Below are positions 18,214 to 24,855 of a DNA stretch of 37,118 bases, in pieces (the first letter of the stretch is position 1; each line of letters opens with the position of its first letter). This stretch comes from a virus (Duplodnaviria; Caudoviricetes), in IMG/VR virus record IMGVR_UViG_3300037483_000661, positions 1-37,118 of that record; one strand, written 5' to 3'. A program made the position numbers and the translations under genes. The notes below the pieces were generated by a model. The model searched no databases and was not told where the DNA came from. It saw only the letters and a program-made list of their open reading frames with translations.

Positions 18214-19783
18214 CGTTCCCTCCTGTGCCGGCGGCGCCGCCGCCGCTCGTGTCGTCGCTCGTCTCGTCGATCGGGCGGCCCGCGAGGTCGGTCTCGAGCT
18301 TGAGGCCCAACGAATCCGCGAGCTGCTTCTCGGCCCGGAGCTCCTGGAACACTTCCTCGATATCGACGCCGCGCGCCGCGGCCGCCCGGGTCCGGGAGCT
18401 GAGGCCGGCGCGGATCGCGAGGATATCGGTCTGCACGTCCTTGAGCGGATCGACCCAGGGCCAGCCGCGCGGCTGGAACGTGAACCGCTCCGGATCCGCC
18501 GCCTCGAGATCCTCCGGGGGGAGGTGGCCCATCGTGACGGCCCACGTGAGCCAGCGCGGGAACAGCCGGGCATGGAGCGCGTCGATCAGCTCGGCCTGGT
18601 CCACCTGGTAGCGGTCCCGCTCGGCCAGGGTCCCGCTCCGGAGGCTCGAGAAGTTCACGCCCTCGAGGTCGTTCGCGAGCGTGTTGTACGCGACGGCGAG
18701 TCCGGACGCGACCGAGCGCAGCATCGACTTGACGAACGCCGCGTACTGCGAGCTCGGATGCGTCGGTGCCCAGCTCGTCACCTTCCAGCCCAGCGGGAGC
18801 ACGCCGAACTGCCCGGGCTCGCCCTCCGAGAACACGCGGTCCTCGATCTCGCCGTGACCGGTGCGCGGGTCCGGGAGGTTCGCGGCGGTCGGGTCGCGCT
18901 CGTAGAACCCCATCCGGATCGCGTTCGACCGCGCCGCCGTGACCTCGGCTTCCTCGTAGCCGGCGGTCATCTTCGCCGCGACGAGCGCCGAGAGGAGGCG
19001 CGGGAGCCCGCGGCTCTGGCCGGCGCGCGCGGGCTCGTACCAGTGGAGGATCTCCCCCGCCGGCACGCGCTGGCGCTCCTGGGCGTGCCACAGGTCGTTC
19101 GGGTGGCTCGTGTAGATGTGGTACGCGACCGGCTGGCCCCAGGCGTTCACCTCGACGCCGCCCCGGATCTCGTTCTGCTGCCGGCCGGCCGGGATGTTCA
19201 GCCGGTCGTCGAGCTGGTCCGGATCCAACGCCTGCAGCGCGAACCCGTACGCGTTCGGGAACCCCTCGACCATCCGGAGGAGCGCCTCGCCGTCCCGCGC
19301 CCACGTCTTCACGAACACGCGCTCGTGGGTCGGGAAACTCCACTTGCCGGCGACGTCACAGAGGTCGGGGCGCGTCCAGCGGAACCAGGCCCGCTCGATC
19401 CGGCGGTTCCGCTCGAGGTCCGGGATCTCGGCGCCGGCGGGGCCGCGCTTCACGAGCTGCACGCGGAGCCGGACGCCCTGGGCGCCGACGATCTGTTCCT
19501 CGGCGAGCCGGCCCCAGCGGGCGGCCGGGCCCCACGTGCCAACCAGCTCCCGCGACGCGCGCCGGGCGCGCCGCAGATCGCGGAGGACTTCCTTGTCGAC
19601 CGATTCGATCGGCCGCATGATCCAATCCTGCCAGAGCCGGCCCATGCGGCCGGCGCCCTGGGCGCCCGCCAGCGCGCCCGCGAGCTCGTCGGTGATCTGG
19701 ACGCGGGCGAACGCGGGGGCGAGCGGGCCCGCCAGGAGCCCGGCGACCGCGGCCGTGAGGAGGCGCAGCTCAGAGCGGATCAC
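18200..19783 (-). CDS. Portal protein, lambda family (527 aa)
   Basis: LRRARRASREL, RDGEAL, GVEVNAWGQPVAYH, GQSRGLP, LANDLEGVNFSSLRSG, WVDPLKD motifs. Confidence 0.95.
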   Translation of the reverse strand: MIRSELRLLTAAVAGLLAGPLAPAFARVQITDELAGALAGAQGAGRMGRLWQDWIMRPIESVDKEVLRDLRRARRASRELVGTWGPAARWGRLAEEQIVGAQGVRLRVQLVKRGPAGAEIPDLERNRRIERAWFRWTRPDLCDVAGKWSFPTHERVFVKTWARDGEALLRMVEGFPNAYGFALQALDPDQLDDRLNIPAGRQQNEIRGGVEVNAWGQPVAYHIYTSHPNDLWHAQERQRVPAGEILHWYEPARAGQSRGLPRLLSALVAAKMTAGYEEAEVTAARSNAIRMGFYERDPTAANLPDPRTGHGEIEDRVFSEGEPGQFGVLPLGWKVTSWAPTHPSSQYAAFVKSMLRSVASGLAVAYNTLANDLEGVNFSSLRSGTLAERDRYQVDQAELIDALHARLFPRWLTWAVTMGHLPPEDLEAADPERFTFQPRGWPWVDPLKDVQTDILAIRAGLSSRTRAAAARGVDIEEVFQELRAEKQLADSLGLKLETDLAGRPIDETSDDTSGGGAAGTGGNDGGA

Positions 19784-20375
19784 GGGATCCCACCGATTGA
19801 ATGAGGGCGCCGCCGAGCTCGACCCGGAGGCCCTCGGCGAAGAGGTTGCGGAGCCGGTAGAGCTCCGCGATCGGGATCCGCGTGATCTGGGTCCCGTCGA
19901 TTGTCACGTTCTCGCGGTCCTGGGGGAGCCGGCCCTCGAGGCGGGCGGTGATGAGCTCGAACATCTCTTCGTTGTGGGAGCGCCGCGGCGTCGTGATCGT
20001 CGCCGGATCCCGGCGGACCAGGAGGCCGGCACGCCAGACCCGGTGCCGCGCGGTGACGACGTCGTTCTCGTCCCGGGTCTCGACAAAGCCGTGGAGCTGG
20101 TAGGCGCCGGCGGGGAGGTTCGTGCTGGCGGCCGGGCCGACGGTGACGAGCCAGCCGCCGCCGTCCTCGGCGACGCTCGCGATCCCATCGGTGAGCTTGC
20201 CAGGGCCCTCGAGGTAGTAGGCGAGGAGCCAAGCGTCGGCGCTCGAGTAACCGTCAACCGTGCGCCGCCATTGCCAGGTGTCGCCGGCGGTGACGCGCGA
20301 GGGCTCGACCGTGGGGATCGTATCGGCTGGCAGGCTCCGGGCTCCGGGTGGGAACCAAAAACGGCGGGCCTGCAC
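19770..20375 (-). CDS. Head-tail joining protein with gpW-like C-terminus; true start probably near 20333
   Basis: EPSRVTAGDTWQWRR N-terminal domain and TIDG..ITRIPIAELYRLR gpW-like motif, immediately before the portal. Confidence 0.75.
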   Translation of the reverse strand: MQARRFWFPPGARSLPADTIPTVEPSRVTAGDTWQWRRTVDGYSSADAWLLAYYLEGPGKLTDGIASVAEDGGGWLVTVGPAASTNLPAGAYQLHGFVETRDENDVVTARHRVWRAGLLVRRDPATITTPRRSHNEEMFELITARLEGRLPQDRENVTIDGTQITRIPIAELYRLRNLFAEGLRVELGGALIQSVGSRDPL

Positions 20376-20407
20376 CTCAATGGGAGGACAGGCCCGGCCG
20401 TTTGGTT
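20353..20407 (-). terminator. Long imperfect hairpin followed by U-run (intrinsic terminator/attenuator candidate)
   Basis: Minus strand AACCAAACGGCCGGGCCTGTCCTC-CCATT-GAGGTGCAGGCCCGCCG-TTTTTGGTT. Confidence 0.6.
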
Positions 20408-20432
20408 GTGCCCTGCACTACGTACGAGGCCG

Positions 20433-20462
20433 AACTTACTAGCGGTCCGGCCCGGTTGTCAA
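20433..20462 (-). promoter_or_regulatory. Sigma70-like promoter upstream of the head genes
   Basis: Minus strand TTGACA-N18-TAAGTT in the intergenic gap. Confidence 0.6.
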
Positions 20463-20464
20463 CA

Positions 20465-20668
20465 TCAGGGGGCCGGCTCGGCCCGCTGATAGTGCTTCGC
20501 GTAGACGATGTACCGCGTCCCGCAGCGGTCGCATTGGACCCGCTCGATCGGGCGCTCCGGGTTCTCCTCGACCCACCGGTCCCGCTCCCAGGGGAATAGC
20601 CGGCGGGGCTCGATCCGTTCACAGGACGGGCAGCGGGACGCGAGGCGCAACATGAGCGGTCCGGTCAT
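20465..20668 (-). CDS. Small zinc-ribbon protein (67 aa)
   Basis: CPSC...CDRC; ATG overlaps the terminase stop. Confidence 0.65.
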   Translation of the reverse strand: MTGPLMLRLASRCPSCERIEPRRLFPWERDRWVEENPERPIERVQCDRCGTRYIVYAKHYQRAEPAP

Positions 20669-22632
20669 TGATTCCACCCTCCGATGAATCCACGCCGGCG
20701 GCCCGCCGGGCGGTGTGCGGTAGGACGCTCGGCCGCGGGTTGGCCGGTGAGCGCCTCGGCGAAGCGGCCGAGCTGCTGCGTGACGGCCGGGCCCAGCGCG
20801 TGCAACGCGGCCAGGTTCCCGACCCAGAGATCGAGCGCCTCATTGCGGGCGCGGATCGGCTCGTAGATCCGGCGGAGCTTGCCGCGGCGCCAGCGCCGGC
20901 GGACGCGCTCCGCGGTGAGCTCGAGCAGGTAGTCGTGCGAGATCCAGGTCGGGAGGTGCACGTACCCGGGCCCGGCCTCGGGCAGCCGGAGGCGCGAGAA
21001 GAGGAGATCCTTCGCGGTCAAGGTCCCGATCGACCAGAGCAGAATCCCATCTTTCCGCGGCGCCTGGGGGCGCACCGCAAGCGGGAACCCGTCCTCCCCG
21101 CGGCCCTTGCTCGCCCAGATCCGCCGGCCCTGCAGCGGCCGGACGAACCGATACACGGACTCCGCCTGATAGCCCGAGTCGATCATGGCCGACTGGATCG
21201 TGAGCGGGCTCCCGGACGCGTGCGGGTAGACGCGGGTGAGTACATCGAGGAACCGTTTCCAGACCCACGCGCCGGCGTCGTCTTGCTTCTCGAGCGGGCC
21301 GGCGCCGAGCTTGCCAGGGTCGCCGAGCAGCTCGACGTGCCACACGAGCCACGCCTCTTCCCCGTCGCCCCAGCCGACGACGTCGACCTCGATCCGGTCG
21401 CTCTGAATGTCGGCGGCCAGGGTGAGGAGCCCGGCGCGCGTCGGCACCACCGGTTGCTCCGGATCGGAAAACGGCTCGAGCCGCTCGGTGAGCGTCACGC
21501 TGTCGACGCGGCTTCCCTCCTCCTCGTACGACTCGGCGAAGATCGTATTCACGACCGCCTGCAGCTTGAGCGGGTTCCCCTGGGCCTCGAGCCACTCGTG
21601 CACCAGGTCCTCCCAGGAGATCAGGAGGGAGATCCACGCCGGCACGTGGAAGGACGCGATCCGCCGCCCGGGTTGCGCCGCGATCCAGCGGCCGCCGCGC
21701 ACGAGCTCGATCTTCGCGGCCTCGTCGATCAGCGCGCCGCATCGCTCGCACGCGAACCGGACGGTCTGCGGCCGGCGCTCGTCCCAGGTGAAGTGCTTGA
21801 ACTCCACCGTCTGCGCGTGGCCACATTTGCGCTCGAGGCAGCGGACGAACCAGCGGCGTTGATCGCCGCGTTCGAACGCGGGCTCGATCCGGGAGATGCC
21901 GGCCCGGCCAGGGGAGCTCACGCGGATCATGGTCCGGTCGACGAACGTCCGGGACCGGGCGCGGAGGATCTCGACGGGGTCGCCCTCGCCGCCGACGTCG
22001 CCCTTCATGCGGTCCTCTTCGTCGACGATCAGGAGGCTTGCGGGTCGCTGGGCGAGCTCGACCGCGGAGGAGGCCCAGCCGAGGGAGATTGTCCCGCCCG
22101 TGTATTCCTTGCGGAACGTGGTGTTCGCGGAGTCGCGCGACTTCCGCGTGCTCACCTTCTCCCGCACCGTCGGCGTGTGCGCGATCAGGCGATCGAGGCG
22201 GTCGCGGCTCCACGTCTCGGCCGCGTTCTCGGTCGGGAGCACGATCACGATCGGGCTCGGCCGAAGATCGACCGCCCAACCCACGAGGTTGAGCTCGACC
22301 TCCGTCTTCCCGACCTGGCTCGCGCCCATGACGGCGATCTCCTGGTACGCGGGATCCGCCGCCGCGTCCATGATCTCGACCAGGTAGGGCGTGATGCTGT
22401 TGCGCCATCGGCCCGGGGCATCACCGGTCTCGCTGGGGAGGACGCGGCGCTGCTCGGCCCATTGGGAGGGGAGGAGATCCGGCGCCGGGACGAACGCGCG
22501 ACGCAGCATCGCCGCGGCGTCGCGCTGCGTGGCCGTGATCGCGCGCGCCCACGGATCACCGCCGGCCCGTCCCGTTCGCGTCCGGGTCGATCTCGTCGGC
22601 GACGAGCGCGAGCTTCTCAATGAGCTGGGCAA
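20665..22632 (-). CDS. terL: Terminase large subunit, lambda GpA family (start uncertain, possibly 22509)
   Basis: TPYLVEIMDA, Walker A MGASQVGKTE, Walker B LLIVDEEDR, EGDP, VSSP, ADIQSDRIE, IDSGY, RNEALDL motifs. Confidence 0.96.
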   Translation of the reverse strand: MPSSLRSSRSSPTRSTRTRTGRAGGDPWARAITATQRDAAAMLRRAFVPAPDLLPSQWAEQRRVLPSETGDAPGRWRNSITPYLVEIMDAAADPAYQEIAVMGASQVGKTEVELNLVGWAVDLRPSPIVIVLPTENAAETWSRDRLDRLIAHTPTVREKVSTRKSRDSANTTFRKEYTGGTISLGWASSAVELAQRPASLLIVDEEDRMKGDVGGEGDPVEILRARSRTFVDRTMIRVSSPGRAGISRIEPAFERGDQRRWFVRCLERKCGHAQTVEFKHFTWDERRPQTVRFACERCGALIDEAAKIELVRGGRWIAAQPGRRIASFHVPAWISLLISWEDLVHEWLEAQGNPLKLQAVVNTIFAESYEEEGSRVDSVTLTERLEPFSDPEQPVVPTRAGLLTLAADIQSDRIEVDVVGWGDGEEAWLVWHVELLGDPGKLGAGPLEKQDDAGAWVWKRFLDVLTRVYPHASGSPLTIQSAMIDSGYQAESVYRFVRPLQGRRIWASKGRGEDGFPLAVRPQAPRKDGILLWSIGTLTAKDLLFSRLRLPEAGPGYVHLPTWISHDYLLELTAERVRRRWRRGKLRRIYEPIRARNEALDLWVGNLAALHALGPAVTQQLGRFAEALTGQPAAERPTAHRPAGRRRGFIGGWNQ

Positions 22633-23080
22633 CTAACGGCCGCAACCGCACCACGGCATCGCGGCGGCTCCGGATGTTGATGATGTCCACCGACCAGCTG
22701 GTCGGGACTTTGAGAATGGCGGACTGCAGACCGCCCAGGATCCGGTTGAGCATGTCGAGGGCGTCCGCCCGCGGCAGCAGCTCCTCGCGTTCGCGATCGA
22801 CGCGCAGCTCCGCACGCTCGGCCTCGGCGCGATCGCGGCGTAGCTTGGGCGACTCGGCCTCGCCGGGGCGGCCCGTGCCGTTGCCGGCGCGGAGGTGGCG
22901 GAGGTAGGCGCGGATGTTCGCCGCCAGCGCATAGCGGCCGTGGCCCGCGCGCTCGAGGATGCCCTCCTGCACGAGCTGGCGGATCCGCGCCGGCGTGAGC
23001 TCGAGCAGCGCGGCGAGCTCGTCGGCCGAGATGGCTCGGTCAAGATCCACCGCGCGCCGGGCGTGCTTCCTGGCTCCCAC
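22556..23080 (-). CDS. terS: Terminase small subunit (Nu1-like, N-terminal HTH plus coiled coil)
   Basis: ISADELAALLELTPARIRQLVQEG...GRY HTH; coiled coil RAEAERAELR; directly upstream of terL. Confidence 0.88.
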   Translation of the reverse strand: MGARKHARRAVDLDRAISADELAALLELTPARIRQLVQEGILERAGHGRYALAANIRAYLRHLRAGNGTGRPGEAESPKLRRDRAEAERAELRVDREREELLPRADALDMLNRILGGLQSAILKVPTSWSVDIINIRSRRDAVVRLRPLVAQLIEKLALVADEIDPDANGTGRR

Positions 23081-23083
23081 GCC

Positions 23084-23272
23084 TCACCGCACCGCCTCGT
23101 TGTACCAGTGTACGGTACGGACGCAGCCCGGTCCGGCAGCCAACTCCTCGCCCGACCAGGTAGTGAGGTCGTCGACGACGGCCGGCGTGCATGGCGTCGG
23201 CGCGGTGGCGTCCGTGCAACCACCGATGAGTACCAGGGCCACGAGTACGCGGAGCGCGATCGACTGCTGCAT
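23084..23272 (-). CDS. Small lipoprotein (62 aa)
   Basis: GGAGGGAGG RBS; signal peptide with lipobox LIGG-C then TDATAP. Confidence 0.65.
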   Translation of the reverse strand: MQQSIALRVLVALVLIGGCTDATAPTPCTPAVVDDLTTWSGEELAAGPGCVRTVHWYNEAVR

Positions 23273-23294
23273 CGCTGGCCTCCCTCCCCGTTCT

Positions 23295-23358
23295 CCGGGG
23301 GATATTCCGGTTTAGTGAAACGCAAACGCAAACGACGAAACGACTTGACTAACTAGCG
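23295..23358. promoter_or_regulatory. AT-enriched intergenic control/packaging region with an iteron copy and AAACG repeats
   Basis: CCGGGGGATATTCCGGT (23295-23311), AAACGC-AAACGC-AAACGA-CG-AAACGA (23318-23343), ACTAACTAGCG (23348-23358); upstream of terS. Confidence 0.5.
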
Positions 23359-23395
23359 TTAGAACGCGCCGCGCGGACCTGCGTCCGGCCCCCTT

Positions 23396-24109
23396 CTACC
23401 TAGGACCCATCGCGACCTTGTCCTGGCCCGTCACGGTCACGCCGGCCGCCAGCAGCAGCGGCCGCACCGCGAGCAACGCCGCAGGGTCATGGTCCCCGAG
23501 CGGGACGTCTCCGGGCTGCATGAGCCCACGCAGCCGGTCGATCTGACCCGCGCGTTCCAGGCTCCGGTGCCCACGGCGCCGGAGGATGACGGCGGCGCGG
23601 CGCAGCCCGCGCTCCGTGAGCGCGGCCGCCCGCATGCGGGGCAGGCCCGGCAGCGCGACCTCCGTGGCCATCGCCGCCGACCAGGCGGCCCGTTCAAACC
23701 ATGGCAGCGGCGCGACACTCCCCATTTGGACGTCAGACAAAGCCTGGTCGCGTCCGTTGCCATGGTCCTGCGTGAGCGCAGCCGAGGGAGACAGCTTCCC
23801 TTTGGGTGTCACGGCGGACGTGGTCTCCTCGTCGGCTACGCGATCCTGATCGGCCTCATGACCCGGCACCCCACAGATGGTTGACAGTTCGAGTCTGGCC
23901 GGGTCCTGAGGCCGCAGGGTCGGCGGGCGTGTCCGGTGCAGATCCCGCTCGACCACGGTGAGGAAGTACTCGCCCAGATCCTCCCAGAGGCGCAGGGCGT
24001 CGGATTGGAGCGCGGCCGCGACGCGGCGCATCGCCGTTCGGAGCGGCAGGCCGCTGCGCGTGCGCTCGGCCACGATCCGCTCGTAGAGGTCCCGCGGGGT
24101 GTACGTCAT
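23396..24109 (-). CDS. Hypothetical protein (237 aa) with three guide units embedded in its middle
   Basis: ATGA-coupled to the TasA-like gene; helical-looking N- and C-terminal parts flank the array-encoded segment. Confidence 0.6.
   Translation of the reverse strand: MTYTPRDLYERIVAERTRSGLPLRTAMRRVAAALQSDALRLWEDLGEYFLTVVERDLHRTRPPTLRPQDPARLELSTICGVPGHEADQDRVADEETTSAVTPKGKLSPSAALTQDHGNGRDQALSDVQMGSVAPLPWFERAAWSAAMATEVALPGLPRMRAAALTERGLRRAAVILRRRGHRSLERAGQIDRLRGLMQPGDVPLGDHDPAALLAVRPLLLAAGVTVTGQDKVAMGPR
23698..23918 (-). ncRNA. TIGR-like stem-loop guide array, downstream block (3 units)
   Basis: Minus strand: CCA-GACTCGAAC-TGTCAACCA-TCTGTGGGG-TG; CCA-CGTCCGCCG-TGACACCCA-AAGGGAAGC-TG; CCA-GGCTTTGTC-TGACGTCCA-AATGGGGAG-TG; each enclosed by its own complementary stem; period 75-76 nt. 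Confidence 0.88.
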
Positions 24110-24855
24110 GCGACCACCCCCACGCCGCTGTAGCGGGGATCGTAGTCATGCGCGATCCGCCAGGCGTCCCGGAGGATCGCCTTCGCGGTGACGCGGAGCG
24201 CGTCCGCGTGGAGGTGCGCCGCCTTCCAATGCGGCCCGCCGAGGTTGGCACAGTCCCATCCGGTCTTCCCCGTCGTGCGCCGCTTGGCATACGCCGCGTC
24301 ACACGTCGCGCAGCCGTCGCCCTCGGCGAGCATGGGGAGGGCGTCGTGCGGGGCACGGCGCGCGAGGTAGACCGCCCGGTACGGGGAGGTGGGCTGCTTC
24401 ATGGTGGGCTCTGCGACCCGCCAGATCCACCACGCTTTGACGATCGCGGAGTAGCGCCGGTCGTCCCGCGCCCCGGCCGGGTGCAGCCCCACGTAGCGCC
24501 AGACGGACGCGACGGTGGGCGACCCCGGGAACTCGGCCAGCGGTATGAGGGGCGGCGTGAGGCTCAGGCATCGGAACGTCGCCACGCCCAGGCCGCGGGT
24601 CCCCTCCACCCAGGCCGCAATCGCGGTGTCCGTCCAGTACTCCGCAATCGCGCGATCGAGGGGGGCTAGGAAGGCGCGCAAGTCGGCGCTGGCGTTGTCT
24701 ATCCAGCGATCGAGCGCCTCGTCCGGCGGGATCTTGCCACGCGCGAACGCCGCGCGGCGATTCTCGAGCGCGCGGAGCACCTGCTCGGCCTGGCGGTAGT
24801 AGGTGGCCAGTTTCCGGGCCTCGAGATAGTCAGCGGGCTCTGGATAGGGACGCAT
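24106..24855 (-). CDS. tasA: TasA-like Nop-domain RNA-binding protein (IS110 C-terminal domain homologue, no nuclease domain; 249 aa)
   Basis: N-terminal coiled coil, GTRGLG helix-hairpin-helix, F...TVASVWRYVGLHP, SPYRAVY, ALRVTAKAILRDAW as in the IS110/IS116 C-terminal (Nop-like) domain; no DEDD RuvC or HNH domain; flanked by CCA/TG-box dual-spacer units. Confidence 0.82.
   Translation of the reverse strand: MRPYPEPADYLEARKLATYYRQAEQVLRALENRRAAFARGKIPPDEALDRWIDNASADLRAFLAPLDRAIAEYWTDTAIAAWVEGTRGLGVATFRCLSLTPPLIPLAEFPGSPTVASVWRYVGLHPAGARDDRRYSAIVKAWWIWRVAEPTMKQPTSPYRAVYLARRAPHDALPMLAEGDGCATCDAAYAKRRTTGKTGWDCANLGGPHWKAAHLHADALRVTAKAILRDAWRIAHDYDPRYSGVGVVA

Noticed and set aside
23869-23900. 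tRNA gene suggested by GTTCGAGTC
   Set aside because: No cloverleaf; the word is a single 9-nt spacer, and the T-arm appears only when the two spacers are joined
24106-24855. IS110/IS116-family insertion sequence or truncated transposase pseudogene
   Set aside because: No N-terminal DEDD RuvC domain or serine motif; the ORF is intact with an RBS and coupled neighbours, and is flanked by multiple dual-spacer units rather than IS ends
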